Below are positions 43,741 through 57,137 of a stretch of 64,000 nt of DNA, in pieces. The stretch lies in the NCBI GenBank assembly GCA_964016885.1, contig OZ024743.1, forward strand, positions 250,666,001 to 250,730,000, given 5' to 3'. A program made the translations under genes and the position numbers. This DNA comes from Eledone cirrhosa (taxonomy: Eukaryota). Under the pieces are notes generated by a model that was not told the origin of the DNA, searched no databases, and was given only the letters and a program-made list of their open reading frames with translations. Every line of letters starts with the position of its first letter. The first letter of the stretch is position 1.

Positions 43741-46700
43741 TTATACATGCACAACCACACATACATATGGAGCTATACAACTGAATGATTGCTAAGGTAA
43801 CCACATGCCGATTATTCAAGATTTTCAAAGCCAAATAATAATAATAATAGTAATGATAATAATAATAGTAAAAGCTCTCTTAAAATCTCTTTTATGATGA
43901 ACATGCAGAAAGATTATTTGTGACAAAAACTGCTACAACAGCATCAATGCTTGATGATAGATATGGCATGGAATATTCTGGCATTATTTCTGCTCCAATT
44001 ACAGATAATAACAGATAATGATCAACAACAGAAAATATATAATGAAGTAAAATAAGTTGATGTATGGTATATTTACTGAATTCTGACTTTATTTCTAGTT
44101 AAATTTCAATACACATGTGGTACTTTATGTAGATATCAAAGTTTCATAAACAAGACTAAAATAATATCAGAGACGTTTTTTTTTGTTTTGCTTTAAAATT
44201 GTTTTCTGTGGAGGAAGGTATGGGTATGTTGGTTAAGAAGTTTGATTTCTAACCATGTTTGTTTTAGTTCCTCTCTCATTGCATGGCACTTTGGGCAAGT
44301 ATCTTGATCAATGTTCTGTGAGTGAAATGTGAAATTTTGCATTAGCCCATTATGTATATATTTGTGTGTGTTTACAAACATGCATACATAAATACACACT
44401 TATACTTACATGTTATACATATATGTGCATATATACATGCACACATACATAAATATGCACACACACATACACACACATAAATATGCACACACACATATAT
44501 ATATAGGATAAGCAACCACAGGACATGGTGGGCAGGGGTCTCTCGTTTAACTATATCAGCAACTTTATATAATTTTTTTGTGTAGCCTTTACTTAAAGTT
44601 GTTAGCCTGAGGAAGGGCAATCAACCTTAGTTTGCAGAGGTGTTGGTGATGTCCAGGGTCAACTCCTTGATTGTGTGCCCCTAACTCTCAAGTTATAGGG
44701 CTTTTTCCATCTGAATGGAAAACTGTACACATATTTCTGGTAGGCACCTGATAAATATAGTGGGCCTTGTACTCTGTAGCTGTATTGAATGAAGGACCCT
44801 GCACGACACTTTGGTTAGATGCTACTCCTCCTGCCCCCAACATGGATGCCCAAGGCTGTTGTACTCTCTGTGTCCCCCCCCCTCTCTGCACATTGCTTCT
44901 AATATGGCTACAATAGAAGTCACTTGCCAAATTTTCCACACAGTAGGACTGAACCCAGAACCATGTGATTGCAGAGCAAAGTCTTTAACCACACAGCTAC
45001 ATATTTTTTGTAACTATTTTTTTTTATTTTGTATTTTCATAGTTTTTGTAATTTTGTAGCTTTTGTAATTTCTATAATTATTTTGTATTTTGGTAATCTA
45101 AGAATTAAAAAGAAGATAAAAATAAGGAAAAGAAAACAAGCAGACGGTAAAGATTAAATGAAAGAAAATATAAAATACCTCAATAAATATAAACCATGAC
45201 TAAACAAGAAAGAAAACTAGTATTTCTAAGCAGATACAATATGGAACCATTTGTTTCAAAACAAGCTTGTCTTACAAACTAAACATACAGCTATATTTCA
45301 GCTACGATATTGCCCCCAAGTCAAAACTAAAGCAGGGATACTTTTCTGCAGGAGGCTAAAATAAATAAACTCAGTTTGGTGTACAAGAACATGTTTAATA
45401 GTTCGAGGTTTCAAATGTTTGTCTCTGTGGCTCTCTTATCTCTCTTACCATGAAAAACAATAAAACAAAATAAAAAAAAATAGTAAAAGCAAAATATACA
45501 GAGAAATATTTGCTGTAATAGCATCTTACCCTGACCTCCTCCAAACGTTTACATCTTGTTTTTGAACCCCCCACCCACACACACCTGAGATGAGATGAGA
45601 CAACAGCTTGTGGTATTTGCTTTTGATTTAATTTTTTTCTGTTTTTTTTAATGTAAACAGTTTTACTGTGATCACTTTCTGGTCAAAGATACCTTCTGGT
45701 CAAAGATACCTTCTGGTCAAAGATAATAAATTGAGGTAGGATGGGAGTGGAAAAAGAGGTAGGTGAGGTGAGGGGGTGGAGAGAAGACGAGGTGAGAGGG
45801 AGGAGTGAGGAAGTAGAGAAAGGGATAGGTAAGATGGAAATCTGGAGATAGGAGGAGGTAAGAAGGAAGAACAGAGAGACAGGGAGGTGAGAAGAAAGAC
45901 TAGAGACATGGGTAAAGAGAATGGGGTTGAAAACTATCAGTTCCTGTTGTTGGAGGGTAAAACAGCAAAAGGATTTATTTTCATGACAAAATGAGTGGCA
46001 AAGAGAGCATGAAAGATAGAATGAGAGAGAGCAAGAAAGAGAAAAAGTGTGAGAGAGAGAGAGAGAGAGAGAGTTAGAAAAAGTGGAGGGTTGGAGAGAG
46101 GGAATGATGCTAACAACGAAAGGTATTTGATATATTTTCACATGAGAGAATAAGTAGGGAAAAGACAGGGCAGTGGTAACAGAGAAAGACAGGGTAGAAG
46201 GGGGATGGAGAGTTAGAGGGAGAGACAGAAATGAGAGATATATATAGATGTGTATATAAGAGAGAGAGAGAGAGAGAGAGAGAGGAAGAAAAGGCACCAA
46301 AGTTATGATAAACAAAATGTAACAGTTTAAAATAAACATCTTTAGTGGGAAGCGGAGCCTTGGGGTAGATGTGAGGTGAGGTGAGAATAGATGTAAAGGA
46401 GGGTAGGGGTTGATGTACCAGTGTCAATGCAATGATCTGGGGTCGTATAGATATATTCATATATCTGTATGTGTGTATGTATGTACATATATATATAGAG
46501 AGAGAGAGACATATATATACATGGATATATTTCCTGATTTCAAGACTCACTAATATAAATAAATAATAAACAGAACCCTTAGCCAGCTGTCTTTCTCTAC
46601 CTGTCTGTCTGTCTCTCTCCCACTCTCCTTTTCTCTCCTCCTCTCTTGAAAAACAAACAAACAAACAAAAATAAAAACAAAACCCCTCTACTCACCCACC

Positions 46701-47006
46701 CACTTTTTGTTCTTCCTCTATATGTTATTGTTGTTCACTGCTCTTCACCAAATATTGTTTTTGGTGAAATTCCTGACTTTCTGCCATTTATTTACTCAAG
46801 TATCAAGTCAACAATGATAAATAACAGACAGGCAGTTTTCAAAGGAACATACGAAACAAGAGATATGTTTCATGTTTTACAAATTTGGAATAAACCCTTT
46901 TTATTATATATTTTATTATGCTTTTTTGTTTTTATTCTTATTTTAATTTTTCATCATATTTATTATTATTATTATTATTGTCGGCCCTTGTGGCTAATAA
47001 ATGAAA

Positions 47007-47059
<53 letters not shown>

Positions 47060-48339
47060 TTATTTGTTATAATCATAGATCAAGGTGAAATTTCCATAGA
47101 TATTATTTTGGATCTACTCAATGTTTTGTGATTACATATCTTTCTGAAAGGTGCTGTGATGTATGCATATATATTTTTTTTTTGTGAAACACTTAGAACC
47201 CTTTTCATAGCAACCCACTGGAAACTGCCCTTGGAGTTTTAATAAAGGGGTTGTAATAAAACAAAAACTTCATTTTAAACAAATAAACAAACATATATTC
47301 ATACATACAGTACACTATAATTTAATGTATGGTTCCTTGTAATAAGGCAAAATGTATTATGAAGCTTAAGCTGATTCATATAACTTAGGCTCACAGCAAA
47401 AAAAAGGTGACCATTAAAGATAGTTCTCCCACTAAAAGTAACAGTTTTTACAGTAATATTATGAAACACGACAGCGATGGACAGTGAGTCAGGACCACTG
47501 AACCTAGTGGGAACCAATAAATCAACAACAATTTATTTTAAATTTAAAGCTTTTCATATAAACATAGGCAAAACTTGCCGATACTTTACAAGTGAACTGG
47601 AATGATATATTTCAGCAGGTTCATAATCTTAATTTGTATGACAGGCCATTAGACAGCATTTAAAAAAAATAATTCTCTAAATTACAACTGGAAGTATGAA
47701 TGAAATAGCAAATAACAATCTGAAAGTCACACAGTCAAGGGACAAGGAAACATGTAAAACCATAAACTTCCTGATATATGTGACAGTTATCACTTACTGA
47801 CTTATCACAAGGAACTAAAGCTATGCAATCAAGATACCAGCAACAATCCTGAGCCAAAATGAGCACAGATTTTTAAAAATATACTTTTATTCTTTGAAAG
47901 TATCTCACAGAACCTTGTTATCACAAACTGTAACACAGACAAGAATTTCACTAACCAGAAAGACTTAAAATAAAAATTAGAGAGTTGATTTGAAACCCCA
48001 AAACCCAAACAACATTAGTTGAAACAAAAATTCACAGCCATAGTAGAAAAACTAAAATATGTATCTATGGCATATATTTGACAAATGCTGAAAAGATTAT
48101 TTGCTAGATATCCCAAATAGTTCATTGTAACTTCAAAGTAAAAGGCTTAATCTCTAGAAAAAAAACACCCCAAAGAAGATCAGGTTGAGAAGTACTGGAG
48201 ATCTTAACGAGAAAGAAACTATGTGTTCCACATGCAAGCTTTATGGCTAGAAGAACTAAAGCCAGGTTGCTGCAAGTAAAATTATGAAATAGATGACGCG
48301 CAATACTAGGGCTTACAGAAAGTGGCAACAGGAAATCCC

Positions 48340-49315
48340 TATGCCCAGACTTCATAACAGGGTACTGGCTTTAAGGATCTTCCCTTTTATCAGTGAAATT
48401 TGATGAGGTTGTACAGAGAGAGTATCAGAGACATGCTAGAAATACCCAAATAGCTATCAACTGCCATTATTCTCCTTCTCCCCCAAAAGAATTTCCACTA
48501 AAATAGTTTGACAGAACTTTATGTGCCTCAATCTGTTCTTACAGGATCATCTTGTCCCCAATATCATCATACTTATGCAAGCTGGTGGAAAGAGGGAAGT
48601 GTGGAGCTGTATAGATGCAGGGGAAAACACAGGTGGCTGTAATTTGGCAGAACTACCAGTTCTATAAATGTATACCACATGGGTAGAATATCAAGACTTT
48701 ACAGTTAGCCAAAATTTCACAGCCACTAATAGCTGCTATCGAACACTTGACCAAAGCTTGGAATACCATTCTGTTTCTTAGAAGTGATGAGAAGCAAATT
48801 AAAACTGATACCATACACTACAAAATGGCATTTGCCAGGGTGATACCTAGTTAATGTTATTTTTTGTCTTCTCATCATAACAGCTTGCAGAATATAGTGA
48901 ACATAAAAATGGATCCAGATGTATCTCCCACCTTTTCTTTATCAACAACCTGAAGTTGTATGGATCTAATATCAACTACATGAAAAGCAATTCGACCTCA
49001 TTAACCCAATTCTTCACAAGTTCAGATGTACAATTTTGGTGACAGAATGTGGAAACGTACCCTCCTCATCCAAAATTTTAAACGTGAACAGCATGACTTT
49101 TCAGTCAGGTGACGAATACAAATATCTTGAATAGGATCAGAATGTCAAATATGATGGAATCATAAATAAGGAGACAATCAGGAATAAATCTCTCATGAGA
49201 GTAATTAGAATATGGTCATCACAACTCTCAGCCTACAACAAACATTGCCCACAATAGCTTTTCTGTTCCCAGCCTAATACCAATAATTTGGCCTTCTGAA
49301 TTGGTCACTATCCAG
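48340..49315 (+). pseudogene. Highly decayed R4/Dong-like non-LTR RT
   Basis: Fragments PDFITGYW, GICQGDT, ISHLFFINNLKLYG, YKYLE, RIWSSQLSAYNK in the expected order, with stops and frameshifts. Confidence 0.6.
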
Positions 49316-49318
49316 ATG

Positions 49319-49915
49319 CTAAACTCCACCAGTTGCAGACGGCACATCAACATGAGATATTTTTCTCCACAAAGTTCGATCACCAACAGCAAAGTTTAAA
49401 GAGCAAAGGTCAAGTCCAGTCCATAAGTTGACATTGTCAAGCCATCGTTTTGGCTGCCAACCTCTGTTTCTCTTACCAGCCAACTTTCCTTCTAGGCATA
49501 ACTTACACCATGAGTTGATCTTTTGATATGACCAATTTAAGCACTCTTGATATGACAACTGATGTGATTGGTCTAAGCTTGGTGATGTTAAGCAGTTCAC
49601 TGATACAGATACGGTACCTTGCCAATCATAAGTCTCATGATGTGGTTCTGGAATGTAGAGAGCTTCTGAAGTGACCTTGTTGTCCAATTAACACAATCAA
49701 GACCGTAAAACAACTGGTAGGATGTAAGTATCAAAGATCTTAGCCTTCAAATGATAGGAAACTCGTTTTGATGTAAGTACTTCCTTGTTCCTGTTGAAAG
49801 CTGCCCAACCTAGAGTGATGTGATATTGCACAGCAATCATTCCATTGTTGTTTGATGATAGTTGGTCACTATAAGGACTAAATGAGATGATAGTAAGAAC
49901 ATGTGAACTGATCAC
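49319..49915 (-). pseudogene. Old RTE-type LINE C-terminal relic
   Basis: LGWAAF...KAKIFDTYILPVVL and LEGKLAGKRNRG.QPKRWLDNV. Confidence 0.7.
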
Positions 49916-50337
49916 TGTAAGAACTTAATGTAAGAACTTATGAAGTGGTCACTGCAAGAAGTAAAAATGAATGTAAGCTTTTAAGCTGCTGAGTGTTACT
50001 GGAAATGTTACCATCAATGAACATGTGGATAGACTATAGATGATAGTTGAAATATATGGAGTAAAATCTCCTTGAAGAGGGGACAAATATGGTAATTAAC
50101 AACCAGAGATCCTTTGATGTATATCTAAATCTGCTCACATGGTATACAAGGGACATCTGTCCACTTTTTCCATATCCAGGAGTACTTTAACAGATATATT
50201 TAATTATTATTCATAGTTATCAAATATCTTTCCAGTTATCTGCATTGTGGTAAATAAATTTACAAATTTCCAATTTCCCAATGCTTCTTAAGTCAACAAA
50301 ACACATACAAGCATATATGTGTATGTATGTGTATATA

Positions 50338-51062
50338 AGGAAGAGGAAGACCAAGGAAAGCCTGGTTTGAAGTGGTAACAGCTGACCTCACACAATTACA
50401 CCTCTCAAAGGTGATGACATAGAATCAAATTCTCTGGCATTATACAGTATTGGAGAAGACACTCCTTCCTATGTGCATGGAATGAAGCAAACATCTAGTG
50501 GTCACTAGTATGCACCACTTCTCCTTCCACCTTAGACATACCTCCCCAATCTCCTTCCTACTTACATATATGCCCCCACCACTTTCCACATCTAATGCAC
50601 CTCTCTTGTCCAACACATGTACACAAGCATGGAAAGCTGGACCCACCACCTTCAAATGCTGCTGAAATGGCTAAAAGTTCCCAGTTCACTCTATAAGATG
50701 GTCATACTGGTAACACAACAAAAGCCCCTAGTCTACCATATAAAGTGCTCATGATGGTGACATGACAAATAAGCACCCAGTCTACACTGTAAAATGGTTG
50801 TGTTGCTGACACAAAAAAAGAGCACACAATCCAGCATGTCAGTCGGTCATTTTGGTACCACAATAAAAAGCACAATCCAGGCTGTAAATGTGGTTGGCAT
50901 TAGGAAGGGCATCTAGCCATAGAAACCAAGCCAGGAACAGTTCTGTATGAGCAACACACAGTCATCTGATCTGATTTGTCTCACAACCGGATAAATCGTC
51001 AAATCCATGCTAGCCTAGAAAATGGACTTAAAGGGTCATCACCATCATCATTATCATCATCA
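50338..51062 (+). mobile_element. RTE LINE 3' end, diverged
   Basis: GRGRPRKAW..VV..DL; 3' UTR 'ttaggaagggcatc'; (CAT)n junction. Confidence 0.7.
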
Positions 51063-54058
51063 TTTTACATCCGCTCTTCCCTGCTCGCAAGGGTGGGACA
51101 GGTCTTATTCAGCACAGCATCTCTCCACTCATCACGGTCCTTCGTCATCTCCACCGTGAGCTTCAACGATCTGAGGTCTGTACTTACCACCTCCGCCCAT
51201 GTTTTTCGTGGGCTACCTCTACCACGTCTTCCTTCAACTGGCATTTCCTGGCACTTCTTCACCTATCGGTCATCCCTCTCAGACACAATTTCTCTTTCAA
51301 CACATTCATGCTGGGTCGTTCACGTACATTTACACTGCACATCCAACGGAGCATGCTTGCCTCATTTCTCTTCAGCCGTCGCATATCCTCTGCAGTTGCT
51401 GCCCATGTCTCACTACCATGCAGCATCACGCTCCTTAGACAGGCATCATTCAACCGGTCTTTCATACGCAGGGAAAAACCCTTCTTCGTCAGCAGAGGAA
51501 GCAGCTCCCTAAATTCTTCCAACCTGTCCTTATTCTAGATACTATAGCCTTGGAACACTCTCCTCCCATGCTAATCTGATCTCCTAGGTACCGGAAGCTA
51601 TCCACCACTTCTATAGCACCCTCCTGCATTTGAAAAATGTAATATCAATGCGACTTTTACTGTCTAATTTCCCTGTACATCTACTGCATACATATTTCTC
51701 CCTACCTGTTAGTTTGCCTGCTATCCCGCTACATCTCTTGTGTACCCAGGATCTGCATTGTGTGCATTTTATAGAATTTATGCTAGTTCCTTTTCTGCAT
51801 ATCGAACATGGCCATTTCCCTGGCGGAACCAGAGTTTTGTCCTCTTTTCTACTCATCAACACTTTTGTCTTAGCTAGGTTCACTCTGAGTCCTCTTGCTT
51901 CCAACTGCTGTTTCCATAGCCAGAATTTATTCTCTAGCTCCTCTACTGATTCTGCTACAAGAACCAGATCGTCAGCATAGAGAAGTTCCCATGAAGAGCC
52001 AGTCTTAAACTCCTCTGTTATGGCTTGGAGGACTATAATGAACAAGAGCGGGCTGAGGACCGAACCTTGATGTACTCCTACTTGTATCTGGAATTCCTCA
52101 CTAAACTCCATTCCTACCCTGACTTTAATGAGTGTACCTCTGTACAAAGTTTGCACTGTCCTCACAAGCCATTCCTCAACACCTAGTTTCCTTAGGGACC
52201 ACCAGATGACAGATCGGGGTACCCTATCAAAGGCCTTCTCTAGGTCAACAAAGGCTAAGTATAGTGGCTTATTTTTCTCTAAGAACCTCTCTTCCAATTG
52301 TCTCACCAAGAAGAGGACATCTGTTGTACTCTTCCTAGGCACAAAACCAAACTGCATCTCATCTACTTTGACCCTTTCTCTAATTAATTGTGCTAATATC
52401 GTCTCTGCAATTTTCATAACCTGATCCATCAGTTTTATACCCCTATAATTGCTCCTCTTCAGAGCATCCCCTTTACCTTTGTAGCAATTTATGAGAATAT
52501 TGCTGCACCAGTCTTTGGGTATGACACCACCATATATAGCCTGATTGATGATGCGCGCAACCAGTTTAGTGCCTACATCCCCTGATGCCTTCAGCATCTC
52601 AGCAACTATTCCCGATGGTCCAGCAGCCTTACCATTTTTCATTTCCTTAATCACCTCTTGGACCCTATATTCGTCAATCTCAATAGCTGGTCCCTCTGTC
52701 GGATCTACTAAGGGTAATTTCTCTCTCTCCCATTCGTTCTCCACATTCATCAGTCTCTCATAATGACATTTCCAGGCCTCCTTTTTCTGATCATTCGTGA
52801 CACTAAGTACACTGGCATCATCCCAGACACATTTATCTCCAACAACATCCTGATTTGCATTGGCACACTGCCTTGCAATGGGGAACACCGCACGCCTCTG
52901 ATCTTCCCGTCGCAGAACATTGGCAAACCTCCTACTCTCAGCCTCCCTGCGTGCTAAGTACACCTGACGTCTAGCTTCTTTCTTAGCGGCTGTATATTCT
53001 TCCCTACTCCCACCCTTTTTCCAAGCCTTCCATGCTAGTCTTTTGTCTCTAATGGCCTTATCTACTGTGCTGTTCCACCACCAGGTCACTCTCTGTCTGG
53101 TTGGAGCTCTGCTCCAGCCACAAGTTTCATCAGTAACCTGTAGCAAGTTGTCACGTAAGAAATTCCAGTTATTATCTATGTCATGAATGAAAATGAAAAA
53201 AATGAAATGATGTCATACGTCTATAAATCGTCTCCTTTTTCGTCATATACATCTTGAAGGGCTTTCCTAAATTTGTATTTTAGTGAAAGGTCTTTTAGCT
53301 TGCAGACCTTTCTTCTCCACACTTTCCTGTATGTCTCATTCCATCTCTTGCTTACTGAGATATCACTAACGACTAACCTATGCTGTGGGGTACAATATTC
53401 CCCAGGGTATGCCTTGGTATTAGACACTATCTGCCTGTCCTGCTGCCTAACTAGTAAGAAGTCAATCTGGCTTATGTGCTCGCCAGATTTATAGTTTATT
53501 AGGTTATTGCTCGCCAGATTTATAGGTTATTAGGTTATTGGCAGGTTTCTGGAAGTTTCTGGAAGTCAGTGTACTTGCATCACAAAATTCAAGAAGTCTC
53601 AATCCTTCATTTCTTGAGCCGTAACCGTGCCCACCATGTACCCCAGTGTAACCATCCTGGAGCTGTCCAACATAACCATTGAAGTCCCCTGCTAGCATAA
53701 TGATGTCTCCGTCCTCTGTCATTGCGGTTGTTTGTAAAAGTTGCTTGGGGAGCATAGGCAGAGATGATTGTCAGTAGTCTCCTGCCTACAACTAATTTAA
53801 GCTTAATTATTCGATTACTAAATCGAACTACCTCTATTGTCTTATTGATCCATCTCTCAGCCAGGAAAATGCCTACTCCCCCTAACCCATCATCCTTACC
53901 TACCCAGAAAAGCTTATATCTAAGATGTTTGCCTACGACTAGTCTCGCAGAGGCACCTTTCCATCTCACCTCTTGCACGCAGCACACATCCACATGCCTT
54001 CTCTCCAGCATCTCCGCTATTTCAGTAGATCTACCTCTGAGAGTGCCAACATTAAGTG
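51062..54058 (-). mobile_element. Near full-length RTE LINE of a second subfamily, disrupted
   Basis: APE (CCVQEVRW, SAYAPQ, GDFNG), RT 51611..53146 (LYADDL), C-terminal GSETW. Confidence 0.93.
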
Positions 54059-54406
54059 ATGATGATAATAATGTGTGTGTGTTTATGATTATGTATCTAT
54101 GTGTATAATCATTTGTATTTGACGCAATGATTTTTTTCTTCTTTTAAATAACCTATTAATGAGGTATTTCCAGTCAACAGACAAATTGACTAGTCTTAAA
54201 TCTTCCCCTGAGTAATTAACTATCAAACATTATAACACACACACACACATAGACACAAGCTCATTACATTTTCTTTTATATTTTGCAAATAATTACGGGT
54301 CACTAGTAATTAGAACAACAATAAAAAATGTATACCAAACACTTAAAAATGATTCTTCTGATTTGTAATAAAAATATTATTATTATTATTATTATTATTA
54401 CTATGA

Positions 54407-55287
54407 CTGAGGATTGGCTATTTCGGTAGAGCATTGGACAACATGCTTTGCAGTATGTAGTTAGTTAAGGCTCTTTACATTCTGAGTTCAAATCCCTCCA
54501 AGGTCTGCTTTATCTTTAATCCTTCCAGGATTGATAAAATAAAGTACCAGTAATGCACCGGCGTCAATTTAATCAACTTTCCCCTCCCCTAAAATTGTTG
54601 GTCTTGTGATTAAATCAGAAACCATTATTATTATTGGATTGGCAGTATCGGTAGAGGGTCAGACGCCATTCTTTGACGCATAGAGTTACGGTCCTTGCCA
54701 TTCTGAGTTCAAATCCTGCCGAGGTTAACTTTGCTTTTCATCCTTACGGGGTCGATAACATCAAGTACCAGTAATGCACTGGGTAATTGCTGGTCTTGTG
54801 CTAAAAGTAGAAACAATTATTATTATTATTATGGAGGGCAGTAGATTGACGATATTGGTAGGGCACTGGACAACATGCTGCATGACATAGAGTTACGGCC
54901 CTTTACGTTCCGAGTTCAAATCCTGTCGAGATTAGCTTTGCCTTTTATCCTTACGGGGTCGATAAAATAAAGTACCATTAATGCACTGGGGTCGATTTAA
55001 TCAACTTTCCACTCCCCTAAAATTGTTGGCCTCGTGTTTAAATCCCAAACCATTATTATTATTATGGTAGTGGATTCGGCCCTTGTGGCCAATAAATAAA
55101 ATCATTATTGGCAGTATCGGTAGAGGGTCGGATGCCATGCTTTCCAGCATGGTTACGTCCCTTTACGATCTGAGTTCAAATCCCACCAAGGTTGACTTTG
55201 CTTTTCATCCTTACGAGGTCGATAAAATAAAGTACCAGTAATGTACTGGGTAATTGCTGGCTTTGTGCCTAAAGTAGAAACAATTAT
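54407..55287 (+). mobile_element. Four head-to-tail Nin/Deu tRNA-SINEs
   Basis: A-box tggcagtatcgg, B-box gagttcaaatcc, core 'tttcatccttacggggtcgataaaataaagtaccag', (ATT)n spacers. Confidence 0.9.
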
Positions 55288-56327
55288 ATCTCTTTCACTA
55301 ACATTCCTCTCCTTCCCCTGATTCCTCCTTTTCCTTCTTTACCCCTCTTTCACTGTCATTTGGCCTCTTTTCGATTCACCTGCTCTATCCTTCTTTCCCC
55401 TCTTTTCCACCCATGGCTCCTCTTTCACCATAGTTTAGCCCTTTTCTGTCTCTTTTGCCCTTTATATACTTCTTAACCACACAACACCGTATATCTTTTT
55501 ATTTCCTCTTTCCTGACGGTTGTGATGGTGGTGATGGGCGTTGCCATTTGCAGTAGTGTTCTGTGGTTGGGGGATGTCGATTGTTGTGGTGTGAGAGTTC
55601 ACCGGTCTTTCACTTAGTGTTAGTAGTGGTGGTAGTGGTGGTTGTGGTGGAGAAAGTAGGTAATGGTATTGAAGCAAGTGTATGATGATGGGTTTAGCCA
55701 ATCATATGTAACCCACCCATATGTAACCTGCAATCAATCATCAATAGTAAATGAATATAACAAGGAAGTCAGAGGTGCTGAATATTTCCAGATGGTCAAG
55801 ACCCTATTTTTGATATCAGATAAACTATGTTAATGTAAATGATAAATATTCTAACCAGAAACAAAACACCAGCAAAGGATGTGAAACCTTGATCTACAGC
55901 TTCACAAGAAAGTTAACCAATTACTTTAAACGTTATCCACTCACCCACCACCTCATTGTTGGTTAGTTAAATAAGTGTGAATCCTCCCAATATTACCTTT
56001 ATTTATAAAAGTCCTTAGATGGGAATATATTGAAGTCAGTTAATAAGTTTGAATGTAATCAATACTACGTAAGGATCCAGATCACCTATGAATTTGTAGG
56101 AGCACCATAATGACATCTTAGGCAAATTTATATATATATATATGTATAAAACCCTTTTTGTACAGCCGACCATGTTATTCTTCAATCTTTCACCATATAT
56201 ATATATATATATATATATAGTGGCTGCCTCCTCGTTATCGAGTATGGCCATTGCACGAGGAGAAATAAAAATAAAAAAATTAATAAATAAATAAAAAATA
56301 AAAATAAAAATAAAAATAAAAAAAAGA

Positions 56328-56358
<31 letters not shown>

Positions 56359-56407
56359 TAATAAAATAATGAATAAACAAAGAACCAGTTCCTTATATTA
56401 AAAAAAT

Positions 56408-56512
56408 TCATCATTTTACGATCGTTTCTAGGATATATATGTGTTAGAGTTGGTATGCATATTCTATAGATCTATGTACAATATTTATACAAACTATCAG
56501 AGGGAATATACA
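56408..56512 (-). ncRNA. 3' half of an HHR split by the Gypsy element
   Basis: Minus strand: ...GAATATGCATACC...ACACATATATATccta-GAAAC(gatc)GTA-AAATGATGA. Confidence 0.8.
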
Positions 56513-56915
56513 CATAACGGGTTTTAGGGTCAATTCTTAATATACATAATAGAGATCAGAAGGCATTTAGAACATTGACTAAATCCATTATCGATGTTGT
56601 AACTCTATTTATTAGTCGTACATGTTGAACGGATACATTAGGTACAGGTCGTATCTACATGTGTAGGATGTAGCTTGGTCCGCTTCATTGCAAGATGGAG
56701 ATGTTGTTAGCAGCAATGAGTGTAGCCTGGTCTTGTCGATAAGAGAGGTGCGTGTAGACTAATGACTCTCTTGGTCACCTCCGCTCACACTGGTGACGTG
56801 GTTCTGGACAGTCGAATTAGTGCGCCGAAGGTTTTGATTGGCTCACACTTCAGCCAACTTACCTCCGTAACACCATTCCTCCGCAGAAGGAAAATACATT
56901 TTATTCACTGCTACA
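56513..56915 (-). repeat. 3' LTR
   Basis: About 4 differences from the 5' LTR by eye; starts TGTAGC on -. Confidence 0.95.
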
Positions 56916-56928
56916 TCACCCCCTGCTT
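56916..56928 (-). other. Polypurine tract
   Basis: AAGCAGGGGGTGA immediately before the 3' LTR. Confidence 0.8.
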
Positions 56929-57137
56929 AGGCTTACAGCCGACAGAGAAATAAGGGTAGCAGTTGAATGAAAGAAAAAGTACTATATAATAGTAAACACA
57001 ATAAAATATATCACTGATAAAGAAATGTTCATATTACAGGAAAGTCAGAAATAGTGTAATGTTCACCTTAGTTCATACATTTAATACAAATACAAGGGCG
57101 GAGCAAACTCCAAGAAGATTGCTGTAAATAACATAGT

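Noticed and set aside
45683-46664. 218-aa and 184-aa Ser/Leu-rich ORFs
   Set aside because: Translation of purine-rich (GA)n low-complexity DNA
53127-53133. CTGATGA on the minus strand followed by AAC
   Set aside because: Within RTE coding sequence (TDET); no stem II
54409-54500. tRNA gene-like A and B boxes
   Set aside because: SINE heads without a cloverleaf; not tRNA genes
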